Assembly: GCA_902626505.1 (NCBI GenBank)
Contig: CACOFQ010000006.1
Location: forward strand, 1,382-65,381
DNA length: 64,000 nt
Direction: 5' to 3'
Source: an uncultured Marinoscillum sp.
Lineage (GTDB): Bacteria; Bacteroidota; Bacteroidia; Cytophagales; MED-G16
Under the pieces are notes generated by a model. It had not been told where the DNA came from, made no database searches, and saw nothing but the letters and a program-made list of their open reading frames with translations. Of the stretch, positions 29,189 to 40,444 are shown in pieces. How positions within the stretch are numbered: the first letter of the stretch is position 1; the number at the start of each line of letters is the position of its first letter. Both the position numbers and the translations under genes were made by a program.

Positions 29189-30448
29189 ATGGAAGACAAA
29201 AGATTATTTGATTTAATTGATCAAGAAAAAAAAAGACAATCAGAAGGCATTGAATTAATTGCATCTGAAAACTATGCTTCTGATGAAGTAATGGCAGCGG
29301 CAGGAAGTATTCTAACTAATAAATATGCAGAAGGACTACCAGGAAAAAGATACTATGGGGGTTGCTCTGTAGTAGATGAAATTGAAGATTTATGTAGAGA
29401 AAGGTTAAAACAGCTTTTTGATGCCAGCTGGGTAAACGTTCAGCCACACTCTGGAGCTCAAGCTAACGCTGCTGTAATGTTAGCAATTCTAAACCCTGGA
29501 GATAAAATTTTAGGTTTTGATCTAGCTCACGGAGGACATTTAACCCATGGTTCTCCCGTTAATTATTCAGGAAAAATTTATAAGCCTTTTTTCTATGGAG
29601 TAAACAAAGATGACGGATATATAGACTATAAGTCTTTAGAAGAGACAGCGAGAAAAGAAAATCCAAAATTAATAATATGTGGGGCGTCTTCATACAGTAG
29701 AGACTGGGACTATAAGTTTATTCGAGAAGTCGCTGACTCAATAGGGGCGTTAGTTCTTGCAGATATAGCTCACCCCTCAGGTTTAATATCTAGAGGACTA
29801 CTTAATGATCCTTTGGATTATTGTCATATTATAACCTCAACAACCCATAAGACATTACGGGGCCCAAGGGGTGGAATTATTATGATGAGAAATGATTTCG
29901 AAAATCCTTTTGGGATTAAAACTCCGAAAGGAACAACAAGATTAATGTCATCTCTTTTAGACTCTGGTGTTTTCCCGGGAACCCAAGGTGGTCCTCTTGA
30001 ACATATAATAGGGGCTAAAGCCGTAGCTTTTCAAGAAGCATTATCGGATAAATATCTAACTTATGTAGTTCAAGTTAAAAAAAACGCAAACATTATGGCC
30101 AAAGAATTTATGATGAGAGGATATGATATAATTTCAGGAGGCACAGACAATCACCTCATGCTAATAGATCTTAGAAACAAAAACATAACAGGTAAAGAAG
30201 CTGAAGAAAACCTAGGAAAAGCAGATATAACAATTAATAAAAATATGGTGCCATTTGACTCAGAATCTCCTTTTGTTACATCTGGAATGAGAATAGGAAC
30301 GGCAGCAATTACCACAAGAGGCATGCTAGAGGATGACATGATAAAAATTGTGGGCTTCATAGACAGGGTGATAAATGATGAGAAAGAAATTGACCAAGTT
30401 AGAAAAGAGATAAATGCCTGGGCTAGTAAATTTCCTCTACACAAATAA
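29189..30448 (+). CDS. glyA: Serine hydroxymethyltransferase
   Basis: [40 protein letters not shown]. Confidence 0.98.
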   Translation: MEDKRLFDLIDQEKKRQSEGIELIASENYASDEVMAAAGSILTNKYAEGLPGKRYYGGCSVVDEIEDLCRERLKQLFDASWVNVQPHSGAQANAAVMLAILNPGDKILGFDLAHGGHLTHGSPVNYSGKIYKPFFYGVNKDDGYIDYKSLEETARKENPKLIICGASSYSRDWDYKFIREVADSIGALVLADIAHPSGLISRGLLNDPLDYCHIITSTTHKTLRGPRGGIIMMRNDFENPFGIKTPKGTTRLMSSLLDSGVFPGTQGGPLEHIIGAKAVAFQEALSDKYLTYVVQVKKNANIMAKEFMMRGYDIISGGTDNHLMLIDLRNKNITGKEAEENLGKADITINKNMVPFDSESPFVTSGMRIGTAAITTRGMLEDDMIKIVGFIDRVINDEKEIDQVRKEINAWASKFPLHK

Positions 30449-31242
30449 TGAAAAAAGAAAAGGAAATGTCTTTCATAGATCATCTTGAAGAATTGAGATG
30501 GCATATAATACGATCATTACTTGCAATTATTGTTTTTGCAATAATAGCTTTTGTTTCTAAAGACATTGTATTTGGAGTTATATTATTAGGCCCTTCGAAA
30601 AGTGACTTTTGGACATATTCTGCCCTTTGTAATCTAGGCCAACAGATAGGTGTATCTGCTTTTTGTATTGAAGAGCTTCCGTTTATAATTCAAAGTAGAC
30701 AAATGGCTGGACAGTTCATGATGCACATATCATCATCTTTTGTCATTGGTATAATTTTTGCTTTCCCTTATGCTTTTTGGGAGTTTTGGAGGTTTATTTC
30801 TCCAGGGCTTTATGTAAATGAAAAAAAAGCGGCTCGGGGAGCAACCTTTTATGTCTCTTTTTTATTTTTTATTGGTATCCTTTTTGGTTACTTTATATTA
30901 ACTCCTATTTCAATAAATTTTCTAGCTAACTATCAAATAGATCCTTCCATTTTAAATGAATTTGATATCATATCATATGTCTCAACTATTACAACTTTAG
31001 TGTTAGCCTCAGGCATGCTTTTTCAACTACCTATGGTAATCTATTTTTTAACAAAGGCTGGTATTGTTAATAAAGAAATTTTAAAAAATTACAGAAAACA
31101 TGCAATAGTAATAATTTTAGTTTTTGGTGCAATGTTAACTCCACCAGACCCTTTTAGTCAAATAGTAATGGCTGTGCCCTTGATTGGTTTATATGAAATA
31201 AGTATATTGATATCTGGCGTAGTTAAAAAAACATACAAATGA
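30448..31242 (+). CDS. tatC: Twin-arginine translocase subunit TatC
   Basis: MSFIDHLEELR, FISPGLY, FQLP, TPPDPFSQ, LYEISI. Confidence 0.95.
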   Translation: MKKEKEMSFIDHLEELRWHIIRSLLAIIVFAIIAFVSKDIVFGVILLGPSKSDFWTYSALCNLGQQIGVSAFCIEELPFIIQSRQMAGQFMMHISSSFVIGIIFAFPYAFWEFWRFISPGLYVNEKKAARGATFYVSFLFFIGILFGYFILTPISINFLANYQIDPSILNEFDIISYVSTITTLVLASGMLFQLPMVIYFLTKAGIVNKEILKNYRKHAIVIILVFGAMLTPPDPFSQIVMAVPLIGLYEISILISGVVKKTYK

Positions 31243-31667
31243 AAATAATTATTGGTTGTGACCATGCTGGGTTTGAATACAAAGAGATCCTAATTAATTT
31301 AATTAGAGAAAAAAAATTTCACTTTAAAGACTGTGGATGTTTTAGTGCTGAGTCAGTTGATTACCCAGATTATGCCCATGAAGTTTCAAAAGAAGTTTTA
31401 AAGAAAACAGATCACATTGGTGTTCTCATATGTGGTAGTGCGAATGGCGTTGCTATGGCAGCAAATAAACACAATGGGATAAGGGCTGCTGTTTGTTGGA
31501 ATAAAAAAACATCTGAAATGTCAATTACACACAATGACGCAAATGTTCTTTGTGTTCCTGCTAGATTTATCTCCCCCTCTGAACTTAAAGAAATTTTTGA
31601 TGCCTTTATAAGTTCACAATTTGAAGGCGGAAGACATAAGAATAGAGTAGACAAAATAAATTGTTAA
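31239..31667 (+). CDS. rpiB: Ribose-5-phosphate isomerase B
   Basis: GCDHAG, DYPD, CGSANG, HNDANV, FEGGRH. Confidence 0.95.
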   Translation: MKIIIGCDHAGFEYKEILINLIREKKFHFKDCGCFSAESVDYPDYAHEVSKEVLKKTDHIGVLICGSANGVAMAANKHNGIRAAVCWNKKTSEMSITHNDANVLCVPARFISPSELKEIFDAFISSQFEGGRHKNRVDKINC

Positions 31668-31668
31668 G

Positions 31669-32028
31669 GTGAAAAGACAAAGAATTGAAAAACATGAAAG
31701 TCTTTTACATAGGGTAATTAATGACTATATAATTAAAAAGGGCAAATCTTTTTTAAATAATGAGTTTATTACAATAATGGGTATTAAGCTCTCACCTGAC
31801 TTAAGTATCGCCTTGATTTTTATTAGCCCTCTTGATAATTCTAAATCAGATTTTATTGAAAAAAAGTTTCTAGAAAAAAAATATGATATAAAACAATATA
31901 TTGTTAAATCCATTGGAAAAAAAATTAGAAAAATCCCAGAAATTAAATTTATTATTGACAGCTCAGAGCATGAAGCTTCCAGAATAAACAAAATACTTTC
32001 TGACCTAAATATTCCCCCTAAAAAATAA
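31669..32028 (+). CDS. rbfA: Ribosome-binding factor A
   Basis: RQRIEK, LSPDLSIA, IRKIPEIKFIIDSS; GTG start. Confidence 0.85.
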   Translation: MKRQRIEKHESLLHRVINDYIIKKGKSFLNNEFITIMGIKLSPDLSIALIFISPLDNSKSDFIEKKFLEKKYDIKQYIVKSIGKKIRKIPEIKFIIDSSEHEASRINKILSDLNIPPKK

Positions 32029-32030
32029 AA

Positions 32031-33269
32031 ATGATGTTTCCTTTCAAAGCTGCATTAAGATTTATTTTATCAAAAAATAATAAAACATTTATCAATATTC
32101 TATCCTATATCTCCATTCTAACATTAAGTTTGGGGACAGCAGCAATGATTATAGTCCTTTCTGTTTATAATGGTTTAGAAAATACACTTAAGTCTATTTA
32201 TGAAGACTTTGACGCAGATATTAAAATTGAAAATATAGAGTCTAAATATTTTAATAATGACCTTATTTCAGATATCAAGGCCTTAGAAAACGTAGAGTCC
32301 GTTTCTGGAATATTAGAAAATAAAGTTATATTGCAACAAGATCAAAAAGAGGTAGTTGCCTACTTAAAAGGGGTTGATTCAAATTTCATTGAACAAAACA
32401 GAATTGTTAATAACTTGACAGAGGGGGATTTTGTTTTTGAAAAGAACAAATTAGAACACGCGGTTTTTGGGAGAGGTATAAAATATAGTCTTGGAATTAA
32501 TAGTAACTCGAATTTTCAAAACATAAAGGTTTTTGCACTTAATGAAGAAAAGGAACTAAAACCAAACACCATTCAAAAAAATTTATTTAATGATGAAAAT
32601 ATCAAAGTATCTGGAGTTTTCGCAATTGAGAATAGCTTTGATAATAATTATGTGTTCTCTTCCTTAAGTTTTGCACAAAAACTATTTAATAACACTAACA
32701 AAGTTTCCTCATATGAGGTGAAATTAAAAAATATAAATGAGATCAAAGAGACTAAATTGGCTATAAAAAATAAAATCGGAGAAGAATATATTGTTTTAAC
32801 CTCTATTGAACAAAGAGCGGGTCTTTATAAAATATTACAAACAGAAAAACTAGTAGTTTATATTGTCTTTGGAATTGTTCTTCTATTAAGTTCAATAAAC
32901 ATTTTCTTTCTATTAACAATGATGGGCGTTGAGAAACAAAAAGATATTGCGATAATGTTTTCTTTCGGTGCAAAAAGATTTCAAATAAGAAATGTTTTTA
33001 TAAGTCAAGGTATAATAATAGGTTTTTCGAGTGTTGTTTTGGGATCATTTATTGGGTTCATCCTAACCACACTGCAAAAAAAATTTGGTTTTATCTCTAT
33101 TCAAATGTCTAGCTCAATACTAGAGGCATATCCTATTGATTTTAATTTTACGGACATGATTATAATTTCAATAATGGTTTTAATAATTTCAGCAACAGCA
33201 TCAATATTTCCTGGCTTAATGTCTTCTTCAAAAAACAAAATATTTAATCTTAATAAATTAATTTCATGA
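32031..33269 (+). CDS. LolC/E (FtsX/MacB-type) ABC permease
   Basis: IVLSVYNGL, KGVD, EKQKDIA..GA, four TM layout with large periplasmic domain. Confidence 0.85.
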   Translation: MMFPFKAALRFILSKNNKTFINILSYISILTLSLGTAAMIIVLSVYNGLENTLKSIYEDFDADIKIENIESKYFNNDLISDIKALENVESVSGILENKVILQQDQKEVVAYLKGVDSNFIEQNRIVNNLTEGDFVFEKNKLEHAVFGRGIKYSLGINSNSNFQNIKVFALNEEKELKPNTIQKNLFNDENIKVSGVFAIENSFDNNYVFSSLSFAQKLFNNTNKVSSYEVKLKNINEIKETKLAIKNKIGEEYIVLTSIEQRAGLYKILQTEKLVVYIVFGIVLLLSSINIFFLLTMMGVEKQKDIAIMFSFGAKRFQIRNVFISQGIIIGFSSVVLGSFIGFILTTLQKKFGFISIQMSSSILEAYPIDFNFTDMIIISIMVLIISATASIFPGLMSSSKNKIFNLNKLIS

Positions 33270-33670
33270 AACTAAAAGTAGGAGATAATTACAAAGAAGA
33301 GTTTATTATAACACAGGAAATGGTAAATAAATTTGCCGAGCTAAGTGGTGACAAAAACCCACTGCATATAGACAAAGAATTTGCAGCACAAACTCGTTTC
33401 AAAAAACCTATTGTACATGGGCTGTTCTCTGTAACATCTTTTGGTAAAGTTATGGGGTCTAAATTTCCTGGGCACGGATCAGTACATGTTGGCCAAAACT
33501 TAAGTTTTAAAAAACCGCTATATCCTGACAAAAAATATGTTGTTTATGTTGAGTTAGTTAGGATAATTAAAGATAAGCATTTTGGGATATTTAAAACCCA
33601 AATCTTCGACACCAAAAACAACCTTATTGTTGATGGAACAGGAACTGCTCTTCATGAAGAAAAATTATAG
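33266..33670 (+). CDS. MaoC-family (R)-hydratase
   Basis: FAELSGDKNPLH, PIVHG, FPGHG. Confidence 0.9.
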   Translation: MKLKVGDNYKEEFIITQEMVNKFAELSGDKNPLHIDKEFAAQTRFKKPIVHGLFSVTSFGKVMGSKFPGHGSVHVGQNLSFKKPLYPDKKYVVYVELVRIIKDKHFGIFKTQIFDTKNNLIVDGTGTALHEEKL

Positions 33671-36115
33671 TTCGCTTGAACAAGTATGTAACAAATCTTC
33701 ATAAGATCCTATTGGGGAACCGTCAGGAGCTTTTAATGTATTTGGAAAAGTTGAATCTATCTTACCAGAAAAAAACTTATCTATTTTGCTTGAGAGAAAA
33801 TGGTAATGATATTCGTTTGAGTTTTTCTTGTCTAGTTCTTTTTTTAGATTTTTTAAGGAGAAATTTACTTGAGCACTAACTTCTTCATGAACGTTTTTAC
33901 TGTTTGATAGCATAAACATATGATTTAGCACATTGTGGTTTACCATTTTTGAAATCTCAACTTCCATGTCAGAAAGGGATAATGAGTTGTAATCCCTCAA
34001 GACTGTTTCGTTTATTATTTTATTTAATATAGTCAATAAACCTGGTTGTGTATATCTGTCTCTAGCCTTTAAAGTTAATAAGCGTGAAGCTCTTTCAGGG
34101 TGTAGTAACATTTTTAAAGTAAGGTTTGTAGCTGTTTCAGCCGCAGCAAGATAATCAAATGTAACGCCTGTTCTAGATTTAAATGTCTCTCGAGTTCTTT
34201 GGTAACCAAAAGCTCTTGGGGGAATTAGTGAAATTAGCCTTTTGGATAGAGAGAGGTTTTTTGGTTCTATAGAAGATAACAGTGATTCTAAAGCTTTCAT
34301 TTGTTGTGCTTGTGGTAACAACTTAGTTACAAGTTGTCCGTCTCCCTTAACAGCATAATTATATTCTAATCCACCTACTACTTTTGATGCTGCTTCAATT
34401 TGATACCTGTGCAACAAATATATTGGAACTAATACTTCCTCAATACTTGACATTGGCTCACCTAATTTTATTACATTATCTGAGAAATCATCAAGAACAT
34501 GTCTTCTAATTTTAAGAATTCTATTTAACTCTTCAGCGGCATCAAATCCATTGTCCCAAAGGTGAGATCTTGGATGAGCGCCCCCTGTAGGCCTAGAATC
34601 TTGATCTGATATAAAATAGATGTTATCTTTATATCCTTCGTCTAATATCTTATTAAGACTTTTCGCCTCATCTGACATAAACTCCCTATAACCCCAATTA
34701 ATTGCTAATTTATCCCATTCACCAATACCATGATCATATGCTTCTGATAGATCAACTTTATTATTAGAAAATTTAATAAGAGGGTGTGGATAATCCATAA
34801 CTGACTTTCTACCTCTAGCACTAGAAATAAAATTATGAGATAGCCCAATAGTGTGGCCAACTTCATGAGCAGATAATTGCCTTAGTCTTTTTATGGCCAT
34901 TTCTTCCATTAGATCAGTATCATTTTCTTTATTATATGGCCTTAATAACCCTTCTGCAATTAAATAATCTTGCCTGACTCTTAATGACCCTAAAGACACA
35001 TGCCCCTTAATAATTTCACCTGTTCTTGGATCAACCACTGATGCTCCGTATGACCATCCTCTTGTTGACCGATGAACCCATTGAATTACATTGTATCTCA
35101 CGTCTAACATGTCAGCCCCCTCTGGTAATAATTTAATCTGAAAAGCATTTTTAAATCCTGCGGTCTCAAATGCTTCATTCCACCAAGAAGCACCTTCTAT
35201 TAAAGCAGACTTGACTGGCTCAGGCACCCCTCTGTCTAGGTAATAAACTATTGGCTCTATAGCCTCACTAATTTCTGCATTAGGATTTTTTTTAATTAGT
35301 CTATGTCTTTTTATAAACATCGTGCGTAAGTCTTCTTCAATTGGACTAGCATAGTCATAAAATGATTGAGGGTTGAAGCCCGCTCTAGGATCAAACTTTC
35401 TTGGAGTATAGCCATCATCTGGAAGTTGAACAAAAGAGTGTCTTGTTCGTACTGAAAAACTTTCATTGTCAGGTGACACAGAACTAAGCCAACCTCCTGT
35501 TGAGACGCCTCTAAATGTTAAAAAAGCCTCAAGCTCAGAATTTAAAGGAAAATTTTTTGAATTTAAAACATCAAAAGATGATGACCTTTTATCAATTTTA
35601 AAAGACCCCTGCCTCCTTTGGTTTAATCTTTGAGATATTTTATGAGAATCCCTTATTACAAATTCTGAAGCGTCCAATAAAAATTTATTTTTTTCATGAA
35701 TCACAATATCGAAAGACCATAAAGTAGATTTTGCAAAAGCATCTTCTACAGCTTTAATTTCCTCTTGATTGCTAGATAAAGCTCTATATCTATAATTTGG
35801 TTGAACCATAAGAATTTTTGGACCCATCTTTATAAACTTGATAATCCGTGTTCCTCCAATTTGACCCCTATCTAAGCCTATGTCGTTAGAACCTAATCCT
35901 GCTGATAAATAATTAACATATATAAGCTCCTGACCTAACTTTTCAATTTCAATATATATTTTTCCTTTAGATTCATCCCAATAGTAGTTTATGAAGCCTT
36001 CTTTTTTTGTTAGATTAGAGACAAAGTCATTATAAGACGATTTATTGAAATTATTTTCTTTGCTAAATGCAAAAAAATTAAAAAAGAGAAAAAATAATAA
36101 TAAAGTTTTTTTCAT
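33665..36115 (-). CDS. Secreted zinc-dependent metalloprotease (DUF5117/DUF4953, EcxA-like metzincin)
   Basis: Signal peptide from MKKTLL; DPRTGEIIKG, HEVGHTIGLSHN, SVMDY Met-turn. Confidence 0.85.
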   Translation of the reverse strand: MKKTLLLFFLFFNFFAFSKENNFNKSSYNDFVSNLTKKEGFINYYWDESKGKIYIEIEKLGQELIYVNYLSAGLGSNDIGLDRGQIGGTRIIKFIKMGPKILMVQPNYRYRALSSNQEEIKAVEDAFAKSTLWSFDIVIHEKNKFLLDASEFVIRDSHKISQRLNQRRQGSFKIDKRSSSFDVLNSKNFPLNSELEAFLTFRGVSTGGWLSSVSPDNESFSVRTRHSFVQLPDDGYTPRKFDPRAGFNPQSFYDYASPIEEDLRTMFIKRHRLIKKNPNAEISEAIEPIVYYLDRGVPEPVKSALIEGASWWNEAFETAGFKNAFQIKLLPEGADMLDVRYNVIQWVHRSTRGWSYGASVVDPRTGEIIKGHVSLGSLRVRQDYLIAEGLLRPYNKENDTDLMEEMAIKRLRQLSAHEVGHTIGLSHNFISSARGRKSVMDYPHPLIKFSNNKVDLSEAYDHGIGEWDKLAINWGYREFMSDEAKSLNKILDEGYKDNIYFISDQDSRPTGGAHPRSHLWDNGFDAAEELNRILKIRRHVLDDFSDNVIKLGEPMSSIEEVLVPIYLLHRYQIEAASKVVGGLEYNYAVKGDGQLVTKLLPQAQQMKALESLLSSIEPKNLSLSKRLISLIPPRAFGYQRTRETFKSRTGVTFDYLAAAETATNLTLKMLLHPERASRLLTLKARDRYTQPGLLTILNKIINETVLRDYNSLSLSDMEVEISKMVNHNVLNHMFMLSNSKNVHEEVSAQVNFSLKNLKKELDKKNSNEYHYHFLSSKIDKFFSGKIDSTFPNTLKAPDGSPIGSYEDLLHTCSSEL

Positions 36116-36125
36116 GCTTGATGGT

Positions 36126-36608
36126 TTAGTTTGGGATGATAATTTCATGTGTGTCGTTTGGGTTTTTAAGTCTTATAGTTTGAAGATCGTTTAATGTCTC
36201 AAAATATATTAAATTTTCTTGATCTTTAAAAGAAGCAAATAAGCTTGAGTCTTTAATAATTAATTTTTTTATTTTTTTTACTTTCAATATTTCAAAATAA
36301 CAATTGATGGTGCCATTTATATATTCGTGCCCAAGATAATTTATATCTAGAGGCTTCCCGTTTATTATAAAGTCGATATTTTCCTGGAGATAGTTTTTGA
36401 TATTTTGATTTACAATCTCTTTGTTAGAGTTTAAAATATCAAAATTTGTTAATTGATTTTTTTTCTTAATCGCAAGTTCTAAATCATCAAAAAATATTTT
36501 TTTTTGAACTTCTATTGCTTTTCTTTTCGGGTCAAATTCCATGTATGATACGCTAACATAAAATTCATGTGGAAAAAAAATTGCAAGAAAAGAAAGTATT
36601 TTGATCAT
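36126..36608 (-). CDS. DUF6702-like protein
   Basis: HEFYVSV after short signal, FFDDLE; neighbour of M1 peptidase and HupE/UreJ as often seen in Bacteroidota. Confidence 0.6.
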   Translation of the reverse strand: MIKILSFLAIFFPHEFYVSVSYMEFDPKRKAIEVQKKIFFDDLELAIKKKNQLTNFDILNSNKEIVNQNIKNYLQENIDFIINGKPLDINYLGHEYINGTINCYFEILKVKKIKKLIIKDSSLFASFKDQENLIYFETLNDLQTIRLKNPNDTHEIIIPN

Positions 36609-36652
36609 TATTATTTAATAAATTTAATAACAATTTTTAACTGAATTAGATT

Positions 36653-37231
36653 ATGGACGTATTTAAAACTTGGTTTATGGTTGGATTTGATCATATATTA
36701 AATGTTCAAGCGCTTGATCATATTTTGTTTGTTTTGGCTTTGGTTGTTGTTTATAAACCTTCTATGATTAAACAAATCGTTATCTTAATTACCGCCTTTA
36801 CAATTGGGCATTCAATAACTTTAATTCTTTCAGCACTAGATATAATTTCTTATAATCAAAAGGTTATAGAGTTTTTAATCCCATTAACAATTGTTCTTAC
36901 CGCCTTAAATAATATAATAAACAGAAATAGAGTAATTAAAAAAGCTGTTACCGCAAATTATTTTATAGCGCTTGTTTTCGGACTTGTACATGGTCTAGGG
37001 TTTGCTAATTATTTAAAAGCATTACTTTTTAAAGGAAATATAGTATTAGAGTTGTTTTCTTTTAACGTTGGTATTGAGCTAGCACAATTAGTGGTAGTTG
37101 GTACTTTTTTGATTATTAGTTTTATTGGTTCAAATTATGTTTTCAAAACGAGAGAAAACTGGATCTTCTTTGTGTCTTCTGCTATTTTTGGTATAAGTTT
37201 GATGCTTACTTTAAACGCAAAATTTTGGTAG
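36653..37231 (+). CDS. HupE/UreJ-family membrane protein
   Basis: GFDHIL, DHILF, AFTIGHSITL, FGLVHGLGFA, FNVGIE. Confidence 0.85.
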   Translation: MDVFKTWFMVGFDHILNVQALDHILFVLALVVVYKPSMIKQIVILITAFTIGHSITLILSALDIISYNQKVIEFLIPLTIVLTALNNIINRNRVIKKAVTANYFIALVFGLVHGLGFANYLKALLFKGNIVLELFSFNVGIELAQLVVVGTFLIISFIGSNYVFKTRENWIFFVSSAIFGISLMLTLNAKFW

Positions 37232-37232
37232 A

Positions 37233-39485
37233 ATGAAAAAGTTTTTATTGTTTTTTTTATTGATTAGTAATGTGGTTTTTTCTCAGGGTTCATATGGTGA
37301 ATGGGAACAAAAATTTGAACAACTGGGAACAATGCTTCCAACCCCAAACTCATACAGAACTGCTTCTGGGGCGCCTGGTGTTGACTACTGGCAACAAAAA
37401 GCAGATTATAAAATTGACGTAACAATAAATGACGAAAACCAAACTCTTTATGGAGAGGAAGAAATAACGTACTTTAATAATTCACCTGACGTCCTAAGGT
37501 ATTTATGGGTACAGTTGGATCAAAATGTTAGATCTAATGAATCAAATACGCCTCTTGTTACCCCTTCAAAAATGTCAAAAACTTACAGTGGAAAAAGACT
37601 TCAAGGTTTAACTAACTCCTACACAAATATCAAAGGTGAAAAATATAATGGTGGGTTTAAAATTGCTTATGTTAAAGACATGAACGGTAAAGATATTAAC
37701 CATTCAGTAATTAGCACAATGATGAGGATAGATCTTGATGAACCTCTATCTAAAGGAGATTCTTACTCATTCAAAATTAAGTGGTCATATGAAATTAATG
37801 ATAGAATGAAGATTGGAGGAAGAGGTGGTTATGAGTATTTCCCTAAGGATAAAAACTTTAGTTATACTATAGCTCAATGGTTTCCAAGAATGGCTGTATA
37901 TGATGATAAGGAAGGCTGGCAAAACAAACAGTTTTTAGGAAGGGGGGAATTCGCTTTACCTTTTGGTGATTATGAGTTGAATATTACCGTCCCTGCGGAC
38001 TTCATAGTTGCTGCAACTGGGTCTTTACAAAACCCGAAAGAAGTCTTAAATAAAATTGAGCTAGAGAGATTAGAAAAAGCAAAAAAAACATACGATAAAC
38101 CAGTTATTATAACAACACAACAAGAAGCAGAAAAAAAAGAAAAAAATCCTATTAGTAACAAAACCAAAACTTGGAAGTTTAAAGCTGAAATGGTGAGGGA
38201 TGTTGCTTTCGCAGCTTCAAGAAAGTACATATGGGACGCGATGGCAGTGCAACTTGAAAATAAAACCCCACTCGCTATGTCTTATTATTCAAAAGAAGGT
38301 AATCCGTTGTGGGAAAAAGAATCAACAGTAGCTGTTGCAAATACTTTAAAAACATATTCTAAGCATACTATTGAATACCCTTATCCTGTAGCAATTTCTG
38401 TTCACGCTGCTTCTATAGGAATGGAATACCCAATGATCTGTTTCAATTTTGGCAGACCAAATGAAGACGGAACTTATTCAGACGCTACTAAATGGAGAAT
38501 GATTAGTGTAATAATTCATGAGGTGGGACACTTTTTTATTCCAATGATTATTAACTCCGACGAGAGGCAATGGACTTGGATGGATGAGGGCTTGAATACA
38601 TTTGTTCAGTCCCTAACACAGAGAGAATACTATAGTGATGGTCCACTTAGAAGAGGTACCGCTGAAAGTATTGTTGATTATATGAAAATGCCTAAAGACA
38701 TGTTAAGGCCAATCATGACTAACTCAGAACAAATAGCAAGTAGAGAGTTTGGTGCTAACGCCTACGCAAAGCCTGCTTCTGCTTTAAGTGTCTTAAGAGA
38801 AACGATTATGGGACCAGAACTTTTTGATTATGCCTTTAAAGAGTACTCTAGAAGATGGGCTTTTAAACACCCGGATCCGGCTGATTTTTTTAGAACAATG
38901 GAAGATGCTAGCGCTGTTGATCTTGATTGGTTTTGGAGGGGTTGGTTTTATAGTACAGATAATGTAGATGTAGGTGTAGAGAAAGTTAAGTGGTTTAAAA
39001 TGAGAAATATAAGTGAGCCGTTTGAAAACCAAGCAAAAGTGGAAGAGGAAAACATTAGAGGTAAAAACAAAAAACTTCCTTCAGACCCTGTTGATTTTGC
39101 AATGCCCTTTGAGCCTACGCTTTTCAGCTTTACAAACACAAACACAAATGAATATAGGGAGTTTAGAAATACCGTAAATGATGAGAATATAAAAATTGAA
39201 AACAGCGATAAGAACTTTTATGAAGTTACATTTGAAAATAAAGGAGGTTTAGTAACACCTTTAATTATCGAATGGACATATGAAGATGATTCTCAAGAAA
39301 TTGAAAAGATCCCTGCTGAAATTTGGAGATTTAATGAAAAAATCGTCACAAAGGTTTTTGTCAAAGACAAAGTGGTAAAAAACATTAAGCTAGATCCACT
39401 TAAAGAAACGGCTGATGTCAACACAGATGATAATAATTTCCCTAGATTAGTAATTAAAAGTAATTTCGATAGGTTTAACAACTAA
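37233..39485 (+). CDS. M1-family aminopeptidase, secreted
   Basis: YRTASGAPG..YWQQ, GMEYPM, HEVGH...WMDEG, YAKP, WAFKHP. Confidence 0.9.
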   Translation: MKKFLLFFLLISNVVFSQGSYGEWEQKFEQLGTMLPTPNSYRTASGAPGVDYWQQKADYKIDVTINDENQTLYGEEEITYFNNSPDVLRYLWVQLDQNVRSNESNTPLVTPSKMSKTYSGKRLQGLTNSYTNIKGEKYNGGFKIAYVKDMNGKDINHSVISTMMRIDLDEPLSKGDSYSFKIKWSYEINDRMKIGGRGGYEYFPKDKNFSYTIAQWFPRMAVYDDKEGWQNKQFLGRGEFALPFGDYELNITVPADFIVAATGSLQNPKEVLNKIELERLEKAKKTYDKPVIITTQQEAEKKEKNPISNKTKTWKFKAEMVRDVAFAASRKYIWDAMAVQLENKTPLAMSYYSKEGNPLWEKESTVAVANTLKTYSKHTIEYPYPVAISVHAASIGMEYPMICFNFGRPNEDGTYSDATKWRMISVIIHEVGHFFIPMIINSDERQWTWMDEGLNTFVQSLTQREYYSDGPLRRGTAESIVDYMKMPKDMLRPIMTNSEQIASREFGANAYAKPASALSVLRETIMGPELFDYAFKEYSRRWAFKHPDPADFFRTMEDASAVDLDWFWRGWFYSTDNVDVGVEKVKWFKMRNISEPFENQAKVEEENIRGKNKKLPSDPVDFAMPFEPTLFSFTNTNTNEYREFRNTVNDENIKIENSDKNFYEVTFENKGGLVTPLIIEWTYEDDSQEIEKIPAEIWRFNEKIVTKVFVKDKVVKNIKLDPLKETADVNTDDNNFPRLVIKSNFDRFNN

Positions 39486-40444
39486 AAAGGAAGGTTTTCA
39501 AGGTCAACATTCCCTCCGGTTAAGATAATTGCAACTTTTTTATTTCTAAAATTCTCCTTTTCTTTTAAAAGAGCAGCTAGCGGAACTGAGCATGAAGGCT
39601 CACATACTATTTTTAATCTTTCCCATATTAACTTCATAGCTGATACAATCTCTTCCTCACTTACTGTTATAATTTTTTTTGTGCCTTTTTTAATTATTTT
39701 AAAAGTGCGTTCCGACAATGATGTTTTTAAGCCATCAGCAATAGTTGTTGGTTTATTTACTGGGATTAGTTTGTTTTTGGCAAAAGATTGATAAGCATCT
39801 GAAGCTTTGAGTGGTTCCCCTAATATAACTGTAGTTAAAGGTGAAAAAATTTGTGTTGATAAAATTGTTCCAGAAGCAAGCCCGCCTCCGCCAACGGGGC
39901 AAATAATAAAATCAAAACCATTTTCTTCTTCAAAAATTTCCTTAGCACAAGAGGCTTGACCGCTAATCACATCATCGTTATCAAACGGATGTATAAAATT
40001 AGCGCCAGTTTTATTAATAATTTTTTTGCAAGTATCAATTCTCGACTTTTCATTATTGTCACATAAATAAACCTGAGCGCCATACCCTTTTACAGCAACA
40101 ACTTTAATTTTCGGTGCTCCTTTTGGCATTACAATATGTGCTTTTGAATTAACAATTTTAGATGAAAGAGCAACCGCCTGAGCGTGGTTTCCTGATGAGT
40201 GGGTAACAAAACCTTTTCTTCTTTTTGTTAAAGAATAAGATAACACCGCATTTATTGCTCCTCTCATCTTGAAAGCTCCAATCTTTTGAAAATTTTCACA
40301 CTTAAAATAGATTTCACATCCTGCTTTTTTATTTATGGCATTAGAACACAATAGTGGTGTGTTATGTATATAAGGTTTAATTCTATCATGAGCAGATAAA
40401 ATTTTTGATCTATACGTATCTATATCTAATGTGCCTCTAGCCAT
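39482..40444 (-). CDS. PLP-dependent serine/threonine dehydratase / serine racemase
   Basis: KCENFQKIGAFKMRGA, HSSGNHAQA, PVGGGGL, TIADGL, TGGNVD. Confidence 0.88.
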   Translation of the reverse strand: MARGTLDIDTYRSKILSAHDRIKPYIHNTPLLCSNAINKKAGCEIYFKCENFQKIGAFKMRGAINAVLSYSLTKRRKGFVTHSSGNHAQAVALSSKIVNSKAHIVMPKGAPKIKVVAVKGYGAQVYLCDNNEKSRIDTCKKIINKTGANFIHPFDNDDVISGQASCAKEIFEEENGFDFIICPVGGGGLASGTILSTQIFSPLTTVILGEPLKASDAYQSFAKNKLIPVNKPTTIADGLKTSLSERTFKIIKKGTKKIITVSEEEIVSAMKLIWERLKIVCEPSCSVPLAALLKEKENFRNKKVAIILTGGNVDLENLPF

